Assembly (NCBI GenBank): GCA_963921275.4
Contig: OZ001293.3
Span: forward strand, 3,488,001-3,552,000
Length of the DNA stretch: 64,000 nucleotides
Source of the DNA: an uncultured Hormoscilla sp.
GTDB lineage: Bacteria; Cyanobacteriota; Cyanobacteriia; Cyanobacteriales; Desertifilaceae
Direction: 5' to 3'
A model generated the notes under the pieces. It made no database searches, was not told where the DNA came from, and saw nothing but the letters and a program-made list of their open reading frames with translations. Below are positions 32,915 to 42,671 of this stretch, piece after piece (within the stretch, counting starts at the first letter, position 1; every line of letters begins with the position of its first letter). The position numbers and the translations under genes are program-made.

Positions 32915-34069
32915 ACTGGAGATTTGGCGATCCAGGCGGTGGTAGAACGTCTGAGTCAATGTGTGGGCCCCCAAGACACTTTGGCCCGATTGAGTGGGGA
33001 TGAATTTAGTATCCTGCTGACACAAATGGTGCTCAAAGAAAATGTAGAGGCCTTGGTAGAGGTGATTCTGGAGACCTTAGCGAAACCCTACGAACTGAGC
33101 TCGCCCAAGGTTTCTATCCAGACGAGCATCGGTATTTCCCTCTATCCTGACCATAGCAGCAACCCAGATCAATTGTTGATTCATGCGGACACGACCAGAC
33201 GTTGGTGCCAGCAGCAAGGGGGCGGCAGCTATGAGTTCTATAGTCCTCAGATGGATGCCCAGAAGGAAGAACGGCGGTTACTGGAAATCGATCTGGGGAC
33301 GGCACTGGAAAAATCAGAATTTGAACTTTACTACCAGCCCCAGGTAGATATAATGACTGGACAGATAGTTGGCATGGAAGCCCTTCTACGTTGGTGCCAT
33401 CCCCAACGGGGGATAGTCTCTCCGGAACGCTTTATACCGGTTGCAGAAGAGACGGGATTAATTATCAGCATTGGAGAGTGGGTGCTGCAGAGGGCTTGTG
33501 CTCAAGCTCAAACTTGGCAGAAATCCAGTGGTAGGCCGCTGCAAGTTTCGGTTAATCTGTCGGCCCGTCAGTTCCAGCAGGAAAATCTGGTGGAAACCGT
33601 GGCTTTGGTATTGTCAGAAACTGGTCTAGACCCGCAACTCCTGGCGCTGGAATTGACTGAAACCAGCGTGATGTCCGATGTCAATGCTAGTATCAGCATC
33701 CTGCAAGAATTGAAAGGAATAGGAATTAAAATCTCGATCGATGATTTTGGTACGGGGTATTCCTCCCTGAACTACCTGAAATCTTTACCTATCGATACCC
33801 TAAAAATTGACCGGTCTTTTATCTCCCAAGTTACTTCAAATGACCAGGATGCGGCGATCGCCAAAGCTATCATTGGGATGGCTCATAGTTGGCAGCTCAA
33901 AGTAATTGCCGAAGGGGTAGAAACAGCAGCACAACTTGCTTTTCTCTGTCAAGAAGGTTGTCACAGAATTCAGGGTTATTTCTACAGTACGCCCCTGCTA
34001 GCAGCTGAATTTACGCAATTGTTAGCGGCAAACAAGCCCTTACATCTAATGTTTCAAGATGAAGAATGA
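32915..34069 (+). pseudogene. 5'-truncated GGDEF-EAL protein (EAL domain intact)
   Basis: TGDLAIQAVVERL...ARLSGDEF, then YYQPQ, MEALLRW, DDFGTGYSS, AEGVET; no N-terminal GGDEF part or convincing start. Confidence 0.8.
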
Positions 34070-34246
34070 AGTGCTCGATCAATATGACTGGTAAACTACC
34101 ATATTTTTCTCTCCTATATCAGACTTTTGTTCTATTTGTAAGTCCATAATAGTAGAGTTTTTTTACACTTCATCCTCCATCTTGATTATGGGTAATTCAA
34201 CTGTATGTACCTAAATAACATGAAAATCAAGGGATTCAACAGGATA

Positions 34247-34987
34247 TCAGCGGTTAATTAATGCAGGGAAGTTGTAAGCAATGCCTAAGATAATTCCTAC
34301 ATCGGTTGTCTCTTCCTTAAGGAAAGCAACATTAATTCTGGCGGTTGCAGTCAAGTCCTTCGAGACAGGATAATCAACACCACCAGAGATCAGGGGACCA
34401 CTATAGCCCTCATCAATTTCAAAGGCGACACCACCGCCAACGAAGGGGGCTAACACTACTGATTCAAATGGTTCCCGATCGATGGGAAAGTCATAAGCGA
34501 CAGAAAGCATTAAAACTATGCCATCGCCAAATGAACTAGCGGTGCGCAAAGACAGATTGTCGGTAAATCCAAGTTTGCCGACTGTAGCAAAGCCACTTTC
34601 CCCTAAAGCCGTGTCGCCACCTAAACCTATATCGGCACCAATTCCCAGGTAGGTGTCAGCAAGGGTGCGATCGGTTTGAGGGTCTCGACGCCTTCCCAGG
34701 TAGGTGTCAGCAAGGGTGCAATCGGTTTGAGGGTCTCGACGCCGTTGAGCGATGACCGCATTATTTTCCGATGTATTTTCAGATCGGGTTTGCTGACTGT
34801 CGCTAGTTGGGGGTTGAGCTATTAGCGCCTCAGCAGTGGTTAAAGCGCTACCTGGGAAGGAAACAGTTGTACTCAATGGTGGTAATGACTCGGAAGTCTG
34901 AGCTTGAGCGGATAAGCTATTAGCAGCAGTGGCGATCGCCATGCAACTGAGTAGGGAAGCTGTACGCCATAGGTTAATAGTACTCAC
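34247..34987 (-). CDS. Exported outer-membrane beta-barrel-like protein with 51-nt internal duplication
   Basis: Signal peptide ending AQA; RRRDPQTD(C/R)TLADTYLG twice; PFVGGGV and GIAYNF C-terminal strands. Confidence 0.7.
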   Translation of the reverse strand: MSTINLWRTASLLSCMAIATAANSLSAQAQTSESLPPLSTTVSFPGSALTTAEALIAQPPTSDSQQTRSENTSENNAVIAQRRRDPQTDCTLADTYLGRRRDPQTDRTLADTYLGIGADIGLGGDTALGESGFATVGKLGFTDNLSLRTASSFGDGIVLMLSVAYDFPIDREPFESVVLAPFVGGGVAFEIDEGYSGPLISGGVDYPVSKDLTATARINVAFLKEETTDVGIILGIAYNFPALINR

Positions 34988-35961
34988 AATTCACTCCTCG
35001 ATGATTGATTCAGGGTGCCCATCGCTTCTACCACTTGCCCAGAGATAAAAGGCAGGATGGCGGATGATTGACTTTGAGCTTTCCCCTCTGTAAACACTAC
35101 CAATAAATAGGGTTGCTTGTCTTTAATTTCTATGTAGGCGCAGTCATGGCGGACTTGGCTGTTACTGGCTTTTGGCACCAGTCTGCTGGGGCATGACCAA
35201 AGCCGGGCATCGGTGGGGAGTCCGCCGCCGAGGAAGCTGGTGTATGAATGGTTGGGGTCTGTTTCTAAATCATCTGGGTTGAGGGTCCGGTGAATTAGAT
35301 TCATCATGGCCTGGGTTGCCTGGGAGGATACGGCGACACCGCCTACTATACTATGGAGCAGGCGGGCGGTGGCATTGGTGGTGAGCATATTGCGATTTTC
35401 TTGTCTCGAGCCCAAAAAGGCCCGATCGCGTCCGTAGGCACCGTCACTCCAGGTTTTTTGATTGACGTTGATGCTCTCAAATTCTGGCCAACCGAGGGAT
35501 TGGAAGTAACGGTTGACGATATTGCGCTGGAACTTCCAGGTCTCAAAGGGTCCAGGGGGCAGTTCTGGACCGCTAGTAGTGCCAGTGAGGACATCTACCA
35601 CAAGACTGGTGGCGTCGTTGCTGTCTCGAACAATCATGTCACGAATGGCTCGTTCCAAGTCAGCTCCAGTTTCGATCATGTTTTTGTCTCGCCACTCATA
35701 GATAGCTACCAGATAAAATAGCTTGACCACATGGGCGGGGTAAATGCGTTCCACGCCACGATAGCTGAAACCTCGGACTTGGTGTCTCCAGAATTCGGCA
35801 GTAGAGAGGGCACCGCCAGTGTTGACGGGGAAAGGTGGATCGTAGAGGATCCAGGTAAGGGCAATTTGGTTGCGGGCTAGTCCTGAGAATTGTGCCCAGG
35901 TCTTCTCCAGGATGCGATCGCCCAATTTTTCTAGTTGTTCGTCTTTGCGGAAGAAAATCAT
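34984..35961 (-). CDS. Serine hydrolase, class A beta-lactamase-like
   Basis: YPAHVVKLFY (Ser of SxxK replaced by His), SNDAT, RHDCAYIE. Confidence 0.8.
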   Translation of the reverse strand: MIFFRKDEQLEKLGDRILEKTWAQFSGLARNQIALTWILYDPPFPVNTGGALSTAEFWRHQVRGFSYRGVERIYPAHVVKLFYLVAIYEWRDKNMIETGADLERAIRDMIVRDSNDATSLVVDVLTGTTSGPELPPGPFETWKFQRNIVNRYFQSLGWPEFESINVNQKTWSDGAYGRDRAFLGSRQENRNMLTTNATARLLHSIVGGVAVSSQATQAMMNLIHRTLNPDDLETDPNHSYTSFLGGGLPTDARLWSCPSRLVPKASNSQVRHDCAYIEIKDKQPYLLVVFTEGKAQSQSSAILPFISGQVVEAMGTLNQSSRSEL

Positions 35962-37613
35962 GGTTGAATTACTGCAAGCAAGCCGAGGCTCTGCTCAATC
36001 TACCACTGTTGAGTACAGTTGCCGCGTCAATCTGGATCTGTATGATGGGTCTGAATGTGCTAGTTTAGCAACCCAGGCTGCTGCGGGGCGTCAGTTGCGA
36101 GTGCTTTCGGTGCCACCAGGCCAGGAGGCTGTAGAAGTCTGCTTGTGCGAGGATGATTATCGCTGCTGGCTGTCAGGGCTAGATTTGCCGAAGCTGTCCT
36201 TAGCAGAAATGCCTTATCGGGCGATCGCCCTTTCGGACGCTGAGATTAAAGAACGCTTGCCAGGGGCGATCGCCTTTGCGCAAGAGGCCATGCAGCAGGT
36301 TAATTATTACCTTTGGGGCGGTACAGTTGGACCTAACTACGACTGTTCTGGTTTGATGCAGGCTGCTTTTTGCTCAGTAGGTATTTGGTTGCCTAGAGAT
36401 TCTTATCAGCAGGAGGCGTTTGTGCAGGAAATCCCAATAGTAAAATTACAACCAGGAGACCTAATTTTCTTTGGTTCGGCAGAGAAGGTTAACCACGTGG
36501 GACTATATTTAGGTGGTGCGATTCGTTCAGGCGTAAACTGGCGACGGTGAAGTCTGGTCTGGTTTCATTTGCCGGATAACTCTGGTTATCATGGGGGTTA
36601 AATTCCCTCTCCCCAGGTGTGGGGGTAACACCGGTCCTTAGTGCTGCGGGGTCACATCGCCGTGGTGCGGAGCTAGGACTTAAATGTAGGATAGCTGGCA
36701 GCCTAACCCAGTGACGCCGCTAGGAAAGATGCTCATGGTTAGAACAAGCGAACCTGTTAAAGCCTCGTTACATAGAACCAGCGGAATAAGGCTTATACGC
36801 TGGCCCAAAAGGGAAAATGGTAGTTAGTGTTGGTAGTCATCTATTGCCAGCATCGCACCCAAAGAACTCCCGGGGTATAGCAGGGGCCTACAAGCATCGA
36901 GAAATGATACCAGGGAACGAAGTAACCTCACGTGAGCTGTCCCCATTTGGACCAGTTAGATGTAAAGCGCAAGCCGCGAAGAGGAAGGATGTTCTAAGAA
37001 GCCAACGCCTGGGGTAATGCCTGGGATATGCAGACGTAGGACGGATATGGTAAGAAGCCTTTGGTGAAAGTAGCCCTAACACGTCGCAAAACTTAGGAGA
37101 AATCCAAAAGTATGAATATGGACTAGAGTCTCAGCCGGGTAAAGTTCAGAGCCCCGATAAATTGCCAGAATGGGGAAATGTTAGAGAAGAGCGGCTAGAA
37201 TGGTTTGCTGAACTACCCTCCGCGATCGCGCAGCGTGCGCGCAGCGCATACCTTCCGGAGCTGAAATCATTAACGGTCCAATAGGATTGACCATAAGGGG
37301 TAAAATTACAGAGGGTAAGGGGAATACGGGGTAACCCAATAATCCTACTGATGACAACAGCTTACCAACCAGTAGCCGGATGCGGTGAAAGTCGCAAGTC
37401 CGGTTCCGAAAGGGAGGGTTGGGGAGTGATTCCCAGCTCGACCCCGACCAGGGCAAGTACATTCATAGTTCCGGCAAGGATATGGGCAGAAATGGCATCG
37501 GCATTGACCTCTTATCGGAGCAAGGAGATGCTATTAGTCAAGCTTATTATCGCCTGTTACGGGGTGCTGGGCGGGTGCTTACCAGTTATCTACCAGGGGA
37601 TGGTAATTGGTGA
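35960..37613 (+). CDS. NlpC/P60 (C40) peptidase, split by intron 5; join(35960..36515,37450..37613), 239 aa
   Basis: YLWGG..NYDCSG, LPRDSYQQ, PGDLIFF, NHVGLYLG-E-GKYIHSSG; spliced length 720 nt with no other lesion seen. Confidence 0.9.
36516..37449 (+). mobile_element. ORF-less group II intron 5 (934 nt), intact
   Basis: GTGCGATTCG start, DV GTAGCCGGATGCGGTGAAAGTCGCAAGTCCGGTTC, ends CTCGACCCCGACC. Confidence 0.95.
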
Positions 37614-38056
37614 GAGTCATCTCGTTCTCATTCTGTGTTATGATATTTCTCGTTACCAGGCGAGCGCCTGGTAACGCATATCCAGAGGCTCAGCCTCATT
37701 GTTAAGTATAACTAAGATGCCATGTCAAAGCAAGCCAGGAAAAGGAAAAAATTAACGAGCTGTTACGCCGGATTTTATCGAAAAAAATAAATCCCGACTA
37801 TCGGCGAAGGGATGAAATAATATTTGGGGAAGCGTAAAAGCGATCAGCGTGGGTATTTCCTCGAAAATTTCAGGATTTGATCATAGAAAAATTAGAACAT
37901 CTGTTGGCAGAGTATTTTGCCGCTCCAGAGGATTTTTTCAGAGATTCTCCGACAATCTAGGAATTCTATGACTTTGCCGCGATTTGTGCCAAAAAGTGAT
38001 TCAATACCCAATTTATGGGGTTTGTTACCTATCTGACTTATAATTAGCGGGTATAT

Positions 38057-38765
38057 ATAGCATTTCTCAAAAACATGAGGTACGAGAGTCAAGAATATAT
38101 GGAGGAGAAAGCCATGAAACCCTATTCAGTATATCTACAAAAATCGGTCTATAAAAATGATAATATATCACAAAGAAAACTGGCGAGCATATTTAGGGTA
38201 GCTCGCCAGTTTTGTTACCAAAATCATCCAGCAGGATCGGCGGCAATTTGTTACCTAAGAAAAGTCCTGATCGTCCACGAAAACTTAAGGATGAAGAACT
38301 GGCAATTATTCATAATTTAGTAAAGAAAAATAATGACTGGACCTTAGAAGAATATCAATCTAGTCTTGAAAAAGAGACCGGTGGTCAGCCGTTCGACAAT
38401 AGATAGGATGATAAAGAAGTTGGGATTTACCGTCAAAAAAAAGCGTTACATCCAACAGAGAAAAGAAGTGATAGAGTCCAAAAATTAAGGGTAGACTACT
38501 GGAAAGAAATAGAAGGAATAGACCCTTTTGACTTAATCTTCTTGGACGAATCCGGTGTTAACCTGGGGTTAACACGCATTTATGGTCGCATGTGGTCAAA
38601 GAGCCCATGGAAGTAAGCCAAGTAAGCGAAGAAAAACGTTTCGATAGTCGGAGCATCTTAAGGGAGTAGTGAATTCATTCAAGATTTTAGGTTCTTATGA
38701 TAGCTTAACTTTTGAAGCTTTTATAGTTAGACATTTAGTTCCTCGTTTATGGAAAGGAGCCTGCT
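38057..38765 (+). mobile_element. IS630-family remnant
   Basis: MKPYSV.., NDWTLEEY, FLDESGVNL fragments in broken frames; left end TATAGCATTTCTCA shared with 60991. Confidence 0.75.
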
Positions 38766-38789
38766 CATGGACTGCTTACCCAACTTAGG

Positions 38790-39370
38790 AAACTTTTGTG
38801 GAGTTCTTCGGGTTCGAGCAATGCAAATACCCGACCGAAGGTATCGTGGGATGGTATACCATGGTTTATACGATCTCAACTACAAGGAGGGCTTGATACA
38901 GATTGGGACATCTCATGACACTTGTGAAGTGACTCAATTAGCTATTGGTGGCTCACTTACGGCTCTATACTGTATCCATTGGCAAGCTCAATTTTATTGT
39001 TATGTGATGGCGGTGGTAGTAACAGCTCCCGCTCTTACCTGTTTAAGGAAAATCTGCAAAAGCTTAGCAACAAGCTAGGCATTGAAATTCGGATGGCTCA
39101 TTATTCCCCCTATACCTCTGAGTATAATCCCATTGAACATCGGTTGTTTCCCCATGTCGAACATGTGAGGGGGTAATATTCGACAAGGTGGAAACCGTCA
39201 AAAATTTGATAGCCACAAGGACAACAAAGACAGGATTAAAGGTATTTACAACCGTAATTGATAAGGTTTATCAAACAGGAGTGAAAGTTGGCTCAAGTTT
39301 TAAGGAAAATATGCGTCTTTGACAATATTCTCCCACAATGGAACTATACAGCCAAGCCACAACCGATGTA
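38790..39370 (+). mobile_element. ISAzo13-family transposase remnant
   Basis: IGTSHDT, LLCDGGGSNSSR, AHYSPYTSEYNPIEHRLF. Confidence 0.8.
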
Positions 39371-39599
39371 GGGCGCTAGAGAGCGTTGAGGGAGCACTAA
39401 AAATCAGGCATCACGGAAAAAAGGCTCTGCTAGATCCCCTGATGGTCCAGATCGCCCCCCGCCAAATCGGAAGGATCTGACAGTATTAAAATGCAACAGG
39501 ATCAACCTTACCGCGATCGCCCCTGGAGCCCCCTCCGTTCCCCGTTCCCTACCGTTCGTAGTAAGCACTTTAGTGCTTCCCAGGCGCGATTGGCGCCTA

Positions 39600-39740
39600 G
39601 AGCGTCGGTCCATTAATAATACTTGACAAATTAAAACATCTGTGAATCAACGAAAAATCAACATATTCTCGCCTCTCCCCCATGTCCTCCCTCTCCCCCT
39701 CATGATTTTACCCAAAATTTGTTGTACTGGACCGATGCTC
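39600..39740. mobile_element. MITE copy A
   Basis: IR GAGCGTCGGTCCA / TGGACCGATGCTC in CTA|...|TAG context; related to 60538-60736. Confidence 0.75.
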
Positions 39741-40196
39741 TAGCATTCTCCAGCCAAGCAATGATAGGAGAGATTGCTGCAATCAAAGGGCGATCGCCCC
39801 TAACCCGCGCAGGCCAGCGTAAGCAGCCGCGAGATCGCCCTGGCAAAAGGCAATCGTCATTTATCTCCGAAAAGATAACGGGAGCATCTCACTTTTGGCT
39901 CTGTATTTGCGAATGGTACGGTGCTAATTGCGAATGACTCAGGGAAAATGGAGCAATTCTCAATTTTATCTTCTCAATTTTCAATTTTCAATTGCTCAAG
40001 AAGCAAAACTGAGATGCACCCAAGATAAAAGATAACACTATCACAGGCAATTATACTATCTTTAATTTCCTCTAATCCCGCCATGTAAGCTACTGCATCT
40101 TCTCCCTGCCCAAGTTGGCGTTTATTGGCATTATTTTGGATTTTGAATTCCTTAATAGGTGGGCTAATAGGTGGGCAATGCCCACCCTACTTCTGC

Positions 40197-41117
40197 TCAA
40201 CGCTTTGGTTTCTTCACCTCAGTCTGTTTAATCTGCTCTTTGGGTTTAAACCCGTAACCGAGATTTAATTTTCTGATTGAGGCATTTGCCGATTTTCTCA
40301 CATCACCCACCGCATCATTTAAGGCACGTTGCAGAAATGGTAGCACCTTGTCAGACTTAATCACCCCCAAAGCTTCCACAGCAGCTTGACGCACTTCTGG
40401 TTTGGCATCTTGACTTAACTTGCCCAAAGTCGGGATTAGTCGCTCAATTTCTGCTTTCATGCTATTAGATGCCGCAATCTTACCTAATCCTGACGCCACT
40501 AATCTCCGCACATCCCCATTCTGGTGATTAGTATATCTGGTTAACTGCCCAATAGATTTAGTTTGACTTGACTCTCCCCAGGCTGTCACATTCTGATATA
40601 ATTCTGGCAACGATGTCTCCTGGGTAGTACGAATAGTGCTCCCAGGAGACATCGAAGTCACCTCCTCTACAGGCGATCGCCTCTTTTTTTTTTCTTGCTC
40701 AATTTGTGCCAGTTCAGCTAACTGGACTTGTTTCCACATAATCTCATATTGCTGTCCCAGAAATTTGGTAATTTCTTGGCTCCGTTCTTCGGACGCCCTT
40801 TCTAATTGAGCAATTTTCTGCCGATTTTCTTCTAACTCCCTCTCATATTGACTTTGCAAAGACTCGCTTTGAGCAATTATCTGGCGACTTTCTTGCAACT
40901 GACTCTCATATTCCGATCGCACAGATTCAATTCTTTGTTGCATTCGAGACTCATGACTTCTCTCTGCTTTGGAAATTGCTTGACTAGCTTGCTTTTTGTG
41001 CTCAAGCTTTTGCTTAGCCAGTCTTTTTTCCATTAACCAGTAGGATATTGCTATTCCGGCAGCCAAACTGACAACCGCTGTCACAATTAAAATCCCTTCC
41101 ATAAGCAGCCCCTCCAT
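40197..41117 (-). CDS. Membrane-anchored coiled-coil HEAT-repeat protein
   Basis: N-terminal hydrophobic helix, coiled coil, DVRRLVASGLGKI / EVRQAAVEALG / DVRKSA repeats; contains the hairpin element at 40611-40654. Confidence 0.8.
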   Translation of the reverse strand: MEGLLMEGILIVTAVVSLAAGIAISYWLMEKRLAKQKLEHKKQASQAISKAERSHESRMQQRIESVRSEYESQLQESRQIIAQSESLQSQYERELEENRQKIAQLERASEERSQEITKFLGQQYEIMWKQVQLAELAQIEQEKKKRRSPVEEVTSMSPGSTIRTTQETSLPELYQNVTAWGESSQTKSIGQLTRYTNHQNGDVRRLVASGLGKIAASNSMKAEIERLIPTLGKLSQDAKPEVRQAAVEALGVIKSDKVLPFLQRALNDAVGDVRKSANASIRKLNLGYGFKPKEQIKQTEVKKPKR

Positions 41118-41631
41118 ATTTACTTCAGATTACACCACCACCACCCACCACCTACACTCAGATCATTTAACCAAAGGACTATGCACCTTGACAAATTACC
41201 ACAAACTTCCCTTAAAACAAAAAGTGTGAATTAAAAACAATATTATTAAATATAATGCTGATCGCGCAGGACTAGCGCTCCTGCGAGTCTCTAATGTGGT
41301 CAGTGGTCAGTGGTCAGCGGTCAGTTGTCAACTAACAACCCACAACTAACAACCCAGTCAAGTGACATCGGCAGGACATCTCGAACTGATTTCAAGCACT
41401 GGTAACTGATTACCGATCGCCGATCGCTGACACTAGCACCTCTGCTTAACAAAACTTAACCTATCGGCGTCGGGTGTCTGTCAGGGACGATAACCCGATG
41501 GGCAGATCCCCAAAAATAAAGATTTATAAAGGTATGGTCTAATTTTGTAACTAAGGAACCTATCTTTGCTTAAAATATGAGTTTAAGTTCACAGAGCGTA
41601 TTTTCACCACAAAGAGGAGAAGCAAGCAATT

Positions 41632-42129
41632 ATGGCCGATACCGAGATTATTAAACCCTATAACGACGACCCCTTCGTGGGTCATCTGTCCACTCCGATC
41701 AGTGATTCTGATTTTACCAAGGCTTTCATCAGTAATCTGCCAGCCTACCGGACAGGGCTATCTCCCCTTCTGCGGGGGCTAGAGGTTGGGATGGCTCACG
41801 GCTATTTTCTCTATGGTCCTTTTGCTGTACTTGGTCCCCTGCGGGACTCAGACCTGTCTACCGCGGCTGGCTTGCTAGCAACAGTTGGCATGGTTATGAT
41901 TCTGACGATCGCTTTGTCTATTCACAGTGCGGCGGATGCTCCCAAACCTCCAGTGACAGCTGGTGTCCCAAATCCACCCGCAGAACTGTGGACCAAACTT
42001 GGCTGGAGCGAGTTTGCTGGTGGTTTCTTCCTTGGCGGTTGTGGCGGAGCCTTTTTTGCCTATATTCTTTGCCTGACACCTCATTTAGCGCTACTACAAA
42101 AGATTGTTAGTAGCGTATGGTCGTCTTAA
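41632..42129 (+). CDS. psaL: Photosystem I subunit XI
   Basis: DPFVGHLSTPISDS, NLPAYR, RGLEVGMAHGYFL.GPF..LGPLRD. Confidence 0.95.
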   Translation: MADTEIIKPYNDDPFVGHLSTPISDSDFTKAFISNLPAYRTGLSPLLRGLEVGMAHGYFLYGPFAVLGPLRDSDLSTAAGLLATVGMVMILTIALSIHSAADAPKPPVTAGVPNPPAELWTKLGWSEFAGGFFLGGCGGAFFAYILCLTPHLALLQKIVSSVWSS

Positions 42130-42339
42130 CTAAGATATAGATATTTATTGGATGTTTGCCGGTAAGGACAGGATTCTCTCTTGTCCCTTACCATCGGCTT
42201 CGATGTACTCCGGGCGCACTACTCGTACTGCCCGTCGCACATCGATCGCGAATATTTTCGGATCGCATCGATAGACTTTTGGCTCTCAAACGTCATATCC
42301 TTGTGAAAACTTTGTAACTTTACAGGAGGAGAATTTGGT

Positions 42340-42450
42340 ATGGCTACTACAGCTTCATACTTGCCCTGGATTTTTGTTCCCTTAGTTGGTATGGTCCTGC
42401 CTACTGTGGCAATGGGGCTTTTCTTTATTTATGTTGAGAGCGAAGAATAA
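42340..42450 (+). CDS. psaI: Photosystem I subunit VIII (36 aa, absent from ORF track)
   Basis: [36 protein letters not shown] with AGGAGG RBS upstream. Confidence 0.93.
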   Translation: MATTASYLPWIFVPLVGMVLPTVAMGLFFIYVESEE

Positions 42451-42611
42451 TCTCTCAGAGCTCTTAGCGATCAACTCAGTCTGCTGAGAATCACTCTGTG
42501 TCCCCCGGGAGCGCTAAGAGCACTTTCCCAGGCAGAGCCGTGGGAACGAGGGGGGGACACAGCACGGAAAATCCTCTGCTTTCGGGTGGGGGATTTTCTG
42601 TATCATTCATC

Positions 42612-42641
42612 AAAATCCCCCACCTGACGGCGGGGGATTTT
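42612..42641. terminator. Probable bidirectional intrinsic terminator between psaI and psaB
   Basis: AAAATCCCCC...GGGGGATTTT hairpin between convergent genes. Confidence 0.7.
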
Positions 42642-42671
42642 GTTTAGTTACCTACAACAGTAGAAAGCCGA

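Larger units (their letters stand above)
28067..32915 (+). pseudogene. Multi-PAS sensor histidine kinase interrupted by IS630(+IS1) and group II intron 4, frameshifted and truncated
   Basis: CFFDL|VHWES across IS630 and DGKQI|LVEGR across the intron; PAS domains; SHEFRTPL HisKA; frameshifts near 31678 and 32210. Confidence 0.88.

Noticed and set aside
18046..37449. Retron or diversity-generating retroelement interpretation of the repeats
   Set aside because: No reverse transcriptase gene and no A-specific TR/VR pattern seen; DV/DVI and EBS-IBS pairing identify group II introns
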